This document shows, one piece after another, positions 5,979-14,574 of a stretch of 25,755 nucleotides of DNA (position 1 is its first letter; each line of letters starts with the position of its first letter). The translations under genes and the position numbers were made by a program. Where the stretch lies: IMG/VR virus record IMGVR_UViG_3300009678_000128, positions 1 through 25,755 of that record, one strand, 5' to 3'. The stretch is from a virus (Duplodnaviria; Caudoviricetes). Under the pieces are notes generated by a model. That model saw only the letters and a program-made list of their open reading frames with translations. It did no database searches and was not told the origin of the DNA.

Positions 5979-7844
5979 ATGCACGATAACACGAACGCTT
6001 CGAGCGTATTAACCGCGGGTGAGCAATTCACTCTGCATCTAGGTGATAACCTAGAAACTCTAAAGAACTATCCCGACAACACATTTGATTCCATTGTAAC
6101 CGATCCGCCCTATGGGATTGAATTCTTAGGTAAGGACTGGGACTCACATACTGGTGTGCTCGAATTATGGCAAGAATGCTTGCGGGTATTAAAGCCCGGT
6201 GGTTATCTATTAGCTTTCAGTGCTGCGAGAACCTATCACAACTTAGCCTCCAATATTGAGTTAGCAGGGTTTGAAATCCGCGATCAACTTATGTGGCTGT
6301 ACGCAAGTGGCTTTCCAAAAGCACAAGACATTGGTAAGGCGATTGAAAAACGAGAAGGGACTAGAGCGAATGCCGAGGCAGGCGGCAGAGCATCATTGGA
6401 ACGTAAATATTCGACTTGTAGAACTTGTGGTAAGAACAATATATTGACTGGCGATATGTTTTCTTGTGACAATGAAATATGCGATATGAGAGTGAGACTT
6501 GCTCCAGCACAGAATGAATGGAACGGATTCAAGACTGCACTCAAACCAGCACACGAACCAATCGTAATGGCTAGAAAACCATTCAAAGGCAGCACCATTG
6601 ATAACGTGCTCAAGAACGGTCTCGGTGCTTTGAACATTGATGCTACGAGAGTTCCTTGGGCTGATGAACAAGATGCTGAAAATCACGTTATTAATATCTA
6701 TGATAATGGTGATAACTTAGCATTGAATATGGAGACGGGTGATAGTGCTAAAGGCACATACAAGAAAACAAAGAGTGATCGCGAGAATGTTATGAGTGCG
6801 CCAAATCAAGGCTTGAATATTCTCCGCAATCGTGATGTGGTAAATGGTGTTGGTAAAAAGAAGAGTGATCAAGAAATATATGCTGCATCAGCCAAGAGAT
6901 ATTCAGAGACTACCCCATTTGATGGCGCACCAATCTTCCAAGGCACCGAGAAGAAAAAGAAGAGTGATCGCGAAAAGGTGCAGAGTTTTGAACAGAAGAG
7001 TTTCGAATACATTGTTACCCCGGGTATTACTGGACTAACCCCTGTTGATCGAAGAAAGAAGAGTGAGAGAGAACTAGCAGCAACCAGTAAGGCGTGGGGT
7101 AATGGCAGGACTGATAGAGATGGTGCACCAATCTTTCAAGGCACTGAGAAGAAAAAGAAGAGTGATCGCCCAAACACAGGCGGTGCTAATAGGCAAAAGT
7201 CATTCGTTATTGGTAGCGGAGACAGAACTATTAGTTCCGAAACAGTTGATAATGTAAATGATGGTGGTCGTTACCCATCCAATGTCATCGGCGAAGTCGA
7301 AGAAGGTTATCAGAAGTATTTCTACTGCCCGAAGGTTAGCCGCAAAGAAAGGCATATTGGGTTTGCTTCAAACGAGTCGTGGGAAGAGGCATTGAAGTCA
7401 GTTGGCGGTTACCGTGTTGATGAAAATGGGAATGCAACAGAGGAGTTCAGCAAGAACGTATTCATCCCCACTATCGGTTTAATGCAAGCACACGGAGTAG
7501 CACACGAAGTGGAGAAACTACGTAAGGAACAGAATATCACTGTTACCAATATCGGTAACAACCACCCAACTGTTAAGCCAGTTGCGCTAATGGAGTACCT
7601 AATCAAGTTAGTGACACCACCCAGTACACCCGAACTACAACGAAAAGTGCTTGATCCGTTTATGGGGAGTGGTTCGACTGGAATGGCTGCTACAGCACTT
7701 GGTCACCATTTCACAGGCTGCGAACTTGATCCAAAGTATGTTGCTATCGCAGAAACCCGCATCGAGGCTTGGCTTGCACCAGAACCACCAAAGCAGCCAG
7801 CAGCAAATGAACGTGAGCTACCAAGTGAGTTATTTGGATACTAA
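5979..7844 (+). CDS. Beta-class N4-cytosine/N6-adenine DNA methyltransferase with Zn-finger insert and internal repeat array
   Basis: N-terminal catalytic DPPY; LKPAHEPI, GALNID, GRYPSN, YFYCPK and NHPTVKP blocks; C-terminal SAM-binding DPFMGSGSTG; AAGGAG RBS; ATAAGTA at 5941-5947. Confidence 0.93.
   Translation: MHDNTNASSVLTAGEQFTLHLGDNLETLKNYPDNTFDSIVTDPPYGIEFLGKDWDSHTGVLELWQECLRVLKPGGYLLAFSAARTYHNLASNIELAGFEIRDQLMWLYASGFPKAQDIGKAIEKREGTRANAEAGGRASLERKYSTCRTCGKNNILTGDMFSCDNEICDMRVRLAPAQNEWNGFKTALKPAHEPIVMARKPFKGSTIDNVLKNGLGALNIDATRVPWADEQDAENHVINIYDNGDNLALNMETGDSAKGTYKKTKSDRENVMSAPNQGLNILRNRDVVNGVGKKKSDQEIYAASAKRYSETTPFDGAPIFQGTEKKKKSDREKVQSFEQKSFEYIVTPGITGLTPVDRRKKSERELAATSKAWGNGRTDRDGAPIFQGTEKKKKSDRPNTGGANRQKSFVIGSGDRTISSETVDNVNDGGRYPSNVIGEVEEGYQKYFYCPKVSRKERHIGFASNESWEEALKSVGGYRVDENGNATEEFSKNVFIPTIGLMQAHGVAHEVEKLRKEQNITVTNIGNNHPTVKPVALMEYLIKLVTPPSTPELQRKVLDPFMGSGSTGMAATALGHHFTGCELDPKYVAIAETRIEAWLAPEPPKQPAANERELPSELFGY
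6771..7169 (+). repeat. Five in-frame repeat units anchored by AAGAGTGA(TC) (KKSD/E), including a 51-bp direct repeat
   Basis: Anchors at 6771, 6861, 6960, 7059 and 7158 (spacing 90, 99, 99, 99). 6921-6971 and 7119-7169 are identical except for 3 synonymous changes. Confidence 0.85.
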
Positions 7845-7866
7845 AAAGCCCCCAATGGGGGCTTTT
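7844..7866. terminator. Bidirectional intrinsic terminator
   Basis: AAAAGCCCCC-AAT-GGGGGCTTTT between convergent genes. Confidence 0.85.
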
Positions 7867-7867
7867 C

Positions 7868-8074
7868 TCATAGCTTTGGCCAGTCTACCTCTTGGTAATC
7901 ACAGTATGACCAACCGTGTCCGTGGAAGAATGATGTCCACAACATTTCTGCTTCAGGGGTAGTTAGCCCATCGAAGTTCACTGCTTTGCATATCCGCTTA
8001 GTATCAGCTTCAACTTCAGCTCGGGTGCTCTTTCTGAACTCCTGCACTAGGTCATCCTCAGTGCGAAAGGTCAT
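7868..8074 (-). CDS. Hypothetical protein (68 aa)
   Basis: ORF ends at the terminator; ATGA overlap with an upstream mini-ORF. Confidence 0.6.
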   Translation of the reverse strand: MTFRTEDDLVQEFRKSTRAEVEADTKRICKAVNFDGLTTPEAEMLWTSFFHGHGWSYCDYQEVDWPKL

Positions 8075-8148
8075 AGGAGCTTTGGCCAGCGAACTGCTGT
8101 TAGCTTAGGCGTCCAAGTGAGCTTGCGAGTGCATTTATGCTTCCGCAT
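8071..8148 (-). CDS. Possible 25-aa basic peptide MRKHKCTRKLTWTPKLTAVRWPKLL
   Basis: GGAAGGA upstream; bridges the two neighbouring ORFs with overlaps. Confidence 0.3.
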   Translation of the reverse strand: MRKHKCTRKLTWTPKLTAVRWPKLL

Positions 8149-8488
8149 TTTCATCCTTCCCAACGCCATATTTGAGCACTACATTTCGATTGTGCTCCTC
8201 CAGTTCGCGGACGTTTTTATAAGGTGTACTTGCACCGAACTCCACCGCAAGCTCACTTTCCATTTGCGTGAACACCGGGTGTACGTCAGCCCCAGCAGAG
8301 CGAACTTCATATGCCCACTTAGCTAAATCGAAATCGTCACCCAATGCGTTTCGTGCATTTCGCTCAAGCTTCTTGCAGGTGGCTTTGTAGCCAACGTGAT
8401 CTCCACCGTAGTGGTTTTTGGTAACTTGCATCATGTGCGCGAATACACCATACGCAGCAGCTAAGTCTTTTATTTCTTGGTCATTCAT
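8135..8488 (-). CDS. Hypothetical protein (MNDQEIKDL...)
   Basis: GGAG 6 nt before ATG 8488; TTGACA upstream at 8607-8602. Confidence 0.65.
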   Translation of the reverse strand: MNDQEIKDLAAAYGVFAHMMQVTKNHYGGDHVGYKATCKKLERNARNALGDDFDLAKWAYEVRSAGADVHPVFTQMESELAVEFGASTPYKNVRELEEHNRNVVLKYGVGKDENAEA

Positions 8489-8656
8489 TTGAATCTCCAT
8501 CACGCCCATGCCGCAGCGCGACTCAGGTGCTCAACTACTGGCACGAGATGGAAGCTGGACGACAAGGGGGTAGAGCTACTGTGACAGAATGGCTATCGCG
8601 CTGTCAAATGCAGCTACCTAGGAGAAACCCGTAGTACGAAAAAGAGCGAATCCTAG

Positions 8657-8681
8657 AAAAAATAAAAGCCCCGGAAGGGCT
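8657..8681 (-). terminator. Intrinsic terminator after the integrase
   Basis: Minus strand AGCCC-TTCCG-GGGCT-TTTATTTTTT. Confidence 0.7.
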
Positions 8682-8687
8682 GGGTAG

Positions 8688-9770
8688 CTACGCTGCTTCT
8701 TCCATTTCGTCCGTCAGTCGCACTGCTTTTTTCATCACTTCGTCTTCCACAACGTGTGCGTACACCATCGTTGAATTGATGTTCCTGTGCCCCAAGTACG
8801 TCTTGAGTTCCAGCAGCCCCATGCCCGCTTTTAACAGGTGTACAGCGCGAGTATGACGCAGGGTGTGGATTGTGATGCTGCCCCTGCTTTCATCCAGCTG
8901 TGCCCGTTTTACAGCTTTGGCGTACCAGCGGTTATTGGGGTTGGAGAACGTGACTTGCTTTGCTTCAAACACAAAGTCGCCAGGAATGTCCCGACGCCGC
9001 GTAAGGATTTCACGCATCACTTTGGTCATCCCAATGGTGTTGCTAAGACTACCTTTCAGTCTGCGAATAAAAACTGTGCCAGCAGCTAAATCAACTTGTG
9101 ACCAGCGCATATCACTAACTTCAGTTAAGCGGCAACCAGTTTCGTACAGCAGCCTAATTAGGTCGAAATTGTCCTGCCTACGATCTTTAAGTGATGTCTC
9201 GTTAGTGCCAGTAGGATCGAGTTCGGCGTATAGCCTTTTCAATTCATCCTTGGTCATCCACACGAACTTACCGCTGTCGTGTTTAATTGGTTTCATCGCT
9301 TTGCGAATTGTGTAACCCTGTTCGTCTAAGTATTTCAGCATCGCGTTGAAGTAGTTGACACTAACTTTCAACGTGCTTTCCGCGTACCCCTCAGCCCGCT
9401 TGGCATGAATGACTGCTTCAAGCTCGTCGTTGGTCACCCTATCCACATAGTGGTTGGGAGCCTTTCGGAAATGACGCATGTGGGTTTCACAGGACGGCGC
9501 GGACGCCATATGCGCCCTGCTTTTTATGAAAGCGTCGATGCCGTCGTGCAGCTTGATGGGTTTCTTGCCCGCAAGCACCACCTCCTGCACCAGCTCAGTC
9601 CTGCGTTTGGCTAAGATGCGTTCCGCGTCCCTGCGATTACTGGTATGCGTGCTTTCAGCAATGGTTTGACCTTTGACTGTGAAGCGCATGTGCCACGTGG
9701 TGCCGCGCAGTATGAGGCCCCCGTAGTTCGTCGCGTGTTTTGCCATATGCCCTTGTGCGTTTTTTGTCAC
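8688..9770 (-). CDS. int: Tyrosine recombinase (phage integrase)
   Basis: Catalytic residues TGCRLTE (R), RLKG (K), HTLRH (HxxR) and LGH...STMVY (H, Y); N-terminal arm-binding-like domain (WHMRF...ESTHT). The start may be ATG 9746. Confidence 0.95.
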   Translation of the reverse strand: MTKNAQGHMAKHATNYGGLILRGTTWHMRFTVKGQTIAESTHTSNRRDAERILAKRRTELVQEVVLAGKKPIKLHDGIDAFIKSRAHMASAPSCETHMRHFRKAPNHYVDRVTNDELEAVIHAKRAEGYAESTLKVSVNYFNAMLKYLDEQGYTIRKAMKPIKHDSGKFVWMTKDELKRLYAELDPTGTNETSLKDRRQDNFDLIRLLYETGCRLTEVSDMRWSQVDLAAGTVFIRRLKGSLSNTIGMTKVMREILTRRRDIPGDFVFEAKQVTFSNPNNRWYAKAVKRAQLDESRGSITIHTLRHTRAVHLLKAGMGLLELKTYLGHRNINSTMVYAHVVEDEVMKKAVRLTDEMEEAA

Positions 9771-10125
9771 TATTGACGCTTTTATTGTAAGACAGCAGTA
9801 GTATTGTGGCTGTAGGATTTTTGCACTGAAAACGGTGAATTTGTCAGTGCAAAAAGTGAGAGCAGCTATAAACTAGTCCGCAGTAGCAGTCAAGCGTTTT
9901 TACACTTTTTTTATAGCTAGTGTTTATGCGGCTCGTAGCAGTAGTGACCACTAACTTGTAATAAGTTGTCATACAGGCCATACTACTGCACACTAAAAAA
10001 CCACTGTAAAAACAAGCACTTATCGCAGGCTTTCTGTCACTGTCAGTGCGTTGTCACACCCCTTGCTTTTAATCAGCACAGTAGAAACACTGTGATTTCA
10101 TACAGTTTTGTGGTGCTGACAGCTA
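9765..10125. other. Putative attP / integrase control region
   Basis: Non-coding region next to int with repeated TGTCA(C/G) and GCAGTAG motifs, a 12-bp inverted repeat (9818-9829/9844-9855), an IHF-like AAACAAGCACTTA (10010-10022) and a tRNA-Lys-anticodon-loop-like CTTTTAATCAG (10066-10076). Confidence 0.5.
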
Positions 10126-10267
10126 CTTAAAGCAGATTGGTAGCTAAGGCAGATTTAGGTTGTCCAAGAAATTCTCTGATCACATAATTACCTATGTGCA
10201 GATACTTGCACTAACTACAGGACTTGATAAGATGGCTACTTCCAAATCAATCACCGAAGAAAACACC

Positions 10268-10714
10268 ATGGCACTTGTTTCAACCAAAGACTCCGAGAAG
10301 TATTTTGGAAACCTCAGTTTTAATGAACTGATGGCAAAGAAAGCTGAGAGCGACGCTCTCGCAGCTCAACTGGCTGCTGCGCTAGAAGTTAAGAGGGTTG
10401 AAGAAATCAAAGTGCTTGCTGATGCCTACGCAAAGAAAGCCAAAGCAGGCGGCTTCTCCATCCAAGAAGCTATCGAAGCTCTTGAGCCGTACTTGCCGCC
10501 CAAAGCAGGTCGCAAGCCCCGCGCGGCCAAGGGCACGGCACCCAAGAAGGAAGTCGCGTTCGTGCGCGGGACGACTTACAAAGACCCCAGCGGCGAGGGC
10601 AAGGAGTGGACTGCGGGCGGGCTGGGTGCCAAACCAAAGTGGCTGAAGTTGCTGGTGGATGACCTGCCGTTCGAAGAGCAGAAAAAGAAATACGAGGAAC
10701 TGGCTGCAAAATAA
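10268..10714 (+). CDS. H-NS-family nucleoid-associated protein (divergent)
   Basis: N-terminal coiled coil, basic linker, C-terminal YKDP....KEWTAGGLGAKPKW resembling the H-NS DNA-binding motif. A promoter-like TTGCAC...TGaTAAGAT (10206-10233) favours ATG 10268. Confidence 0.8.
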   Translation: MALVSTKDSEKYFGNLSFNELMAKKAESDALAAQLAAALEVKRVEEIKVLADAYAKKAKAGGFSIQEAIEALEPYLPPKAGRKPRAAKGTAPKKEVAFVRGTTYKDPSGEGKEWTAGGLGAKPKWLKLLVDDLPFEEQKKKYEELAAK

Positions 10715-10731
10715 AACAGCTAACCCAAAAC

Positions 10732-10755
10732 AAGCAGCCTACGGGCTGCTTTTTT
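10732..10755 (+). terminator. Intrinsic terminator
   Basis: AAGCAGCC-TACG-GGCTGCTT-TTTT. Confidence 0.85.
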
Positions 10756-10828
10756 ATTGCTTCGCAGCCAGTTCCCCTCCATGTGCGGCCAGCGTTAAAA
10801 TATAAGCACTAACACAAAGGATCGCAAT

Positions 10829-11125
10829 ATGCACAAACTGGTTATCGCTGCAATAGTAAGTCTGTGTGCATTGCAGGCGCACGCAGCATGTGAAGTTAGT
10901 AGCTGGCATTGGAGAGAAGCAAGCTACAGCAAAAAGGTAATTAAGGTTGATATGGATATGAAAGGCTGCAAGGGCAGTGAAACCGTCAACTTCAAAATCT
11001 ATGAAAAGGGAGAGTTTCTCGGAAGCGCGACAACCTATGTTTCAGGTGGTGCAGCACGCTACCCTTTGGATATCAAACGCCCAACCAAAGGGAATACTTT
11101 GACATTGGAAACGTTTATTGATTAA
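10829..11125 (+). CDS. Small secreted/periplasmic protein (moron)
   Basis: Sec signal MHKLVIAAIVSLCALQAHA; two Cys in the mature part; AAGGA RBS; flanked by terminators. Confidence 0.75.
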   Translation: MHKLVIAAIVSLCALQAHAACEVSSWHWREASYSKKVIKVDMDMKGCKGSETVNFKIYEKGEFLGSATTYVSGGAARYPLDIKRPTKGNTLTLETFID

Positions 11126-11141
11126 GAAACACAACCCAAAC

Positions 11142-11167
11142 AAAGCACCCTCCGGGGTGCTTTTTTT
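11142..11167 (+). terminator. Intrinsic terminator
   Basis: AAAGCACCC-TCCG-GGGTGCTTT plus T run. Confidence 0.85.
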
Positions 11168-11195
11168 ATGGCGGCTCCATTCTCGCAGTTCAATC

Positions 11196-11202
11196 ATAAA
11201 TA
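11196..11202 (+). promoter_or_regulatory. ATAAATA late-promoter-like motif at the head of the packaging operon
   Basis: Between the terminator and the terS start. Confidence 0.6.
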
Positions 11203-11231
11203 ACAAAGAACAACCACGAGGATGCACTTCA

Positions 11232-11678
11232 ATGACTGAAAAAGAACAAGAGCCTGACCCAAACACGGCACCAGCCAGAGTGACCATTTCGTATTGGGCA
11301 AAGAAAGGATTGAGTCTCCGCTCGATGGCTGCTAAGTGCGGAATGGAATTCAATCGTTTCTATGAAGTAATGAATCAGGAGCAAAGGGGCATCAAACCTC
11401 TCATGCTGCTGTACGAAGTTGGTCGAGCTGAATATGAATCTACGAGATTAGAGCTTCGCGACCAACTTCTATTTGATCCTGAAACTAGTCGCGGTCTCAA
11501 AGCCAAGATACTGCGCGATGACTTAAAGGAGTTCGAGGAACACGCTCCGGCTACCAAAGCCATCAAGATTCAAGTTGAGGACGCAGCCAGCGTATTGACT
11601 TTCGAGCCATACACAAAAGAACAGGAAGAGGCTATCAAGGCTAAGCACAATACCAATGAACCAACCGAAGAAGATTAA
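11232..11678 (+). CDS. terS: Putative terminase small subunit
   Basis: Directly upstream of and overlapping terL; N-terminal HTH-like segment (KKGLSLRSMAAKCGM); GAGG RBS before ATG 11232. Confidence 0.7.
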   Translation: MTEKEQEPDPNTAPARVTISYWAKKGLSLRSMAAKCGMEFNRFYEVMNQEQRGIKPLMLLYEVGRAEYESTRLELRDQLLFDPETSRGLKAKILRDDLKEFEEHAPATKAIKIQVEDAASVLTFEPYTKEQEEAIKAKHNTNEPTEED

Positions 11679-12972
11679 ACACAAGAGGATATCTCTTCTT
11701 CCCTTTCAAGCTGATTTTGTTAACGACTTAAAGACACCCGCTATTGCACTTGTTGGTGGCCTAGGAACAGGAAAGACCCGCGCTGCTGTCTATAAAACCC
11801 TTTCACTACTGCAAGAAAACAGAGGCTATAACGCAGTTGGGTGCGAACCAACTGGCCCCCAGTTGATGATTTTCACAACTGAGATGGATGCTACTTGTAG
11901 AGAGTTGGGCATCAAATACAAATACGTAGGGCAGGGAGCAGGACACCCAGCCTTTTACACATTTGATTTCGGATTTGGTCCTCAGAAGCTGATGCTCGTT
12001 TCAGCACTCAACTACAAAGCATCGCTGGTAGGTTTCAATGCTGCATTCGGATTCATAGACGAATTTGACACTATTGAAAACAAGGAAGAAGCAATCCGAA
12101 TATGGCAAGCACTTAATGACCGTATTCGTGTTGGCCCCTGCACCCAAGCTTATGTGACAACGACCCCGGAAGGCTATCGACAAACAGTAGAAATATTTGC
12201 GGAAGAAGTTTCACCCGATGGCCTAGTATTAAAAGCACGCCCAAACCACCGAGTCATTCAGGTAGCCACACACGAAAACATTCACCTCAAGCCGGACTAC
12301 GTCAAAGGTCAGCTAGCACGCTACTCGCCTATTCAAGCACAGGCAAAGATATATGGCAGGTTTGTGAATGTCTATGGGCATCGCGTTTATGACTGCTTCG
12401 AACGCAGCAGGAACAGCACAACGAAAACACTTGCTGACTTTCCACCGGGACCAATCAACATTGGAATGGACTTCAACATTGGCGATATGTCTGCTGTTGT
12501 TTCTGTTGTTGATAACGGGCTGGTTTATGTAGTTGATGAAATAGTCGGCTCGTTGAATACGGACACGATGATTAAGGATATCAAGGCCAAGTATCCAGGC
12601 AGGCAAATACACGTCTATCCAGATAGCAGCGGCAAGAACAGAAGTGCTACCGCAGACGAATCCTCACTTTCGTCTATTGCGAAACTCAAAGCTGCAGGCT
12701 TCATTCTGCACTACAAGGGCAACAACCCAAGCATCGTCAAGGAGAGGGTGCCAGCAGTCAACGCCCTCTTTCATAACGCACTTGGTCAAGTTAGAGCGTT
12801 CGTGAATATTTGGAAGTGCCCACAACTTGTTAAAGGGTTGGAGCAACAAGGCTGGAAGGATGGCAAGCCCGATAAGGAGTCCGGGTTAGATCACTCCTTG
12901 GATGCGTTCGGATACTTCTGTCATTTCTATGCTCCAGTGAGTGGAAAGGGTACGGTAACGGTGCATAAATAA
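11656..12972 (+). CDS. terL: Terminase large subunit
   Basis: Q motif LLPFQ, Walker A GGLGTGKT, Walker B FGFIDE, coupling motif TTTPEG, nuclease motifs GMDFN, YPDSSG and DHSLDAFGY. Confidence 0.95.
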   Translation: MNQPKKIKHKRISLLPFQADFVNDLKTPAIALVGGLGTGKTRAAVYKTLSLLQENRGYNAVGCEPTGPQLMIFTTEMDATCRELGIKYKYVGQGAGHPAFYTFDFGFGPQKLMLVSALNYKASLVGFNAAFGFIDEFDTIENKEEAIRIWQALNDRIRVGPCTQAYVTTTPEGYRQTVEIFAEEVSPDGLVLKARPNHRVIQVATHENIHLKPDYVKGQLARYSPIQAQAKIYGRFVNVYGHRVYDCFERSRNSTTKTLADFPPGPINIGMDFNIGDMSAVVSVVDNGLVYVVDEIVGSLNTDTMIKDIKAKYPGRQIHVYPDSSGKNRSATADESSLSSIAKLKAAGFILHYKGNNPSIVKERVPAVNALFHNALGQVRAFVNIWKCPQLVKGLEQQGWKDGKPDKESGLDHSLDAFGYFCHFYAPVSGKGTVTVHK

Positions 12973-13011
12973 CTCATAAATACAAGATACCCTTATTAAG
13001 GAACGACAAAT

Positions 13012-14529
13012 ATGTATGTATCAACTATCACTCAGGAGGTGCCAGTAGCACTTGGCTTGACTGCAAAAGAGCTTGTGGATTTGCTGCACACTGACAAAGC
13101 AGTTGATGCAATGAAGTCGTTGAATTATCTAGACGGCCAGCAAGAACCGGAGATGGTGAAAGTCTTAAATGACCCCTCACGCGGCCGCGCTAAATGGAGA
13201 GACAAAGGACTTGCGCCACGCTTTCGCAATGTCACCAAAATGGTCGTTCAGAAGTCGGGGTTGTTATTCAAAGACGCCCCGCCAGTTCTAGAGATATTCA
13301 ACGCGGACGCAGTTACTCCAAATGAGGGTGCAACCCTACTGCTGAACGAATTACTAACTCACGTGGAGTTCGCAGAGTTCTGCACCAACTTCGACCAAGT
13401 GCTGCGCTTGCTCAAGACAGCAATGATGCTAGTTCAATGGGAACCGGAAGAAAACTATTGGTGCTTCGATATTCTGCATCGCGGTAACGCTGAAGTGATA
13501 TGCAACCCATTAAATAAAAAACCCATTGGAATGATTCACCGAACATCGGACGACACATATTGTGTTTGGACAGCTGACGAAGTTATTGAACTAGAACAAG
13601 GACAACACTCGGTAGGCATCACAAGCAGAGAAGCCAACCCATATGGAGTCATTCCAATCTCTGTGTTCTACGATACCAACTTACCACGCACAGGCTTTTG
13701 GGTGGAGCAGGACAAATCGTTAGTTAACCTAAATGAAATGGTTAACTTGCACATCACAGACTCTGAGTATTCCATTCTGTGGTCAAAGATGAGCACGCTG
13801 TTTACCAATATGCGTCCATCGGGTGAAGGTCACGAAAACTCGATTGAAGTTCGCGAAGTCCAAAACAGTCCACTTCCGCGCATTGTTCCAGCTTCAGCAC
13901 AGTCACCCGGCTACCTAGCTGGCCCCGGTAGTGCAGTGGTGTTGGACAGCATGGGCGTTGAAAGCCCATTCGTCCGCTACGAAAACCCGCAGATAGATAT
14001 CAAGCCACTCAACGAAGTTGTTGATAGCTGGATCAAGGCATTCGCAGGAGATTGGTCAGTCCGCATCGAGGTTGCAGGACAAGGCCGCGCACAGAGCGGG
14101 TTTCAGTTGATCGTTGAGGAGTCCGATAACTTAGACCTCCGCAAGCAGCGCCAGCGCATGTTTGAAAGCGGGTTTAAACGCTTGTATCGCGTCTTAGCAG
14201 CGGTTTTCAACACAGCGACTGGTGTGACTGCGTTTCCACCCGATGCACAGCTATACGCACAGTTTGACGACCCCGTACTTCCAATCGACACAAAGATTCA
14301 GGAAGAGGTTTGGGACTTGCGTATCGCTGGCCTACGCGGAACTGAGGTCGATTACTTCATGACAGTGAATGGATTATCACGCGAAGAAGCGGAAGAAAAG
14401 TTTTTGGAGGTCATTGAGTTCAACAAAAAGAAAGCCGCATTGATTGGCCCAGCACCTGAAACAACTGATACCAATGAAGGTGCTGAAACAAATGAAGGTA
14501 CGGAACCCAATGCACCTCCACCCGAATAA
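13012..14529 (+). CDS. Portal protein
   Basis: 505 aa, position after terL, NPYGVIP and AQSG..L motifs typical of SPP1-like portals; tandem ATAAATA upstream (12965, 12976). Confidence 0.85.
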   Translation: MYVSTITQEVPVALGLTAKELVDLLHTDKAVDAMKSLNYLDGQQEPEMVKVLNDPSRGRAKWRDKGLAPRFRNVTKMVVQKSGLLFKDAPPVLEIFNADAVTPNEGATLLLNELLTHVEFAEFCTNFDQVLRLLKTAMMLVQWEPEENYWCFDILHRGNAEVICNPLNKKPIGMIHRTSDDTYCVWTADEVIELEQGQHSVGITSREANPYGVIPISVFYDTNLPRTGFWVEQDKSLVNLNEMVNLHITDSEYSILWSKMSTLFTNMRPSGEGHENSIEVREVQNSPLPRIVPASAQSPGYLAGPGSAVVLDSMGVESPFVRYENPQIDIKPLNEVVDSWIKAFAGDWSVRIEVAGQGRAQSGFQLIVEESDNLDLRKQRQRMFESGFKRLYRVLAAVFNTATGVTAFPPDAQLYAQFDDPVLPIDTKIQEEVWDLRIAGLRGTEVDYFMTVNGLSREEAEEKFLEVIEFNKKKAALIGPAPETTDTNEGAETNEGTEPNAPPPE

Positions 14530-14574
14530 GCACAGAGATAAATAAAAAAATAGCCGGATGGCGAAGGGAAAGTT

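Noticed and set aside
6771-7169. CRISPR-like repeat-spacer periodicity in the methylase
   Set aside because: Anchors are only about 10-13 nt and non-palindromic, all spacings are multiples of 3 within an intact ORF, differences are synonymous, and there are no cas genes. It is a protein-level repeat.
8838-9669. Plus-strand ORFs opposite the integrase
   Set aside because: Antisense shadows of a well-supported gene, with no recognisable motifs
10060-10125. tRNA-Lys gene
   Set aside because: Only the anticodon-loop-like 11-mer is present; no D arm, T-psi-C (GTTCGA) arm or acceptor stem
10160-11231. Longer ORF-track starts (10160, 11118; likewise 962, 4009, 5594, 16475, 23299)
   Set aside because: They run through promoters, terminators or upstream genes; downstream ATGs have a better RBS or overlap geometry
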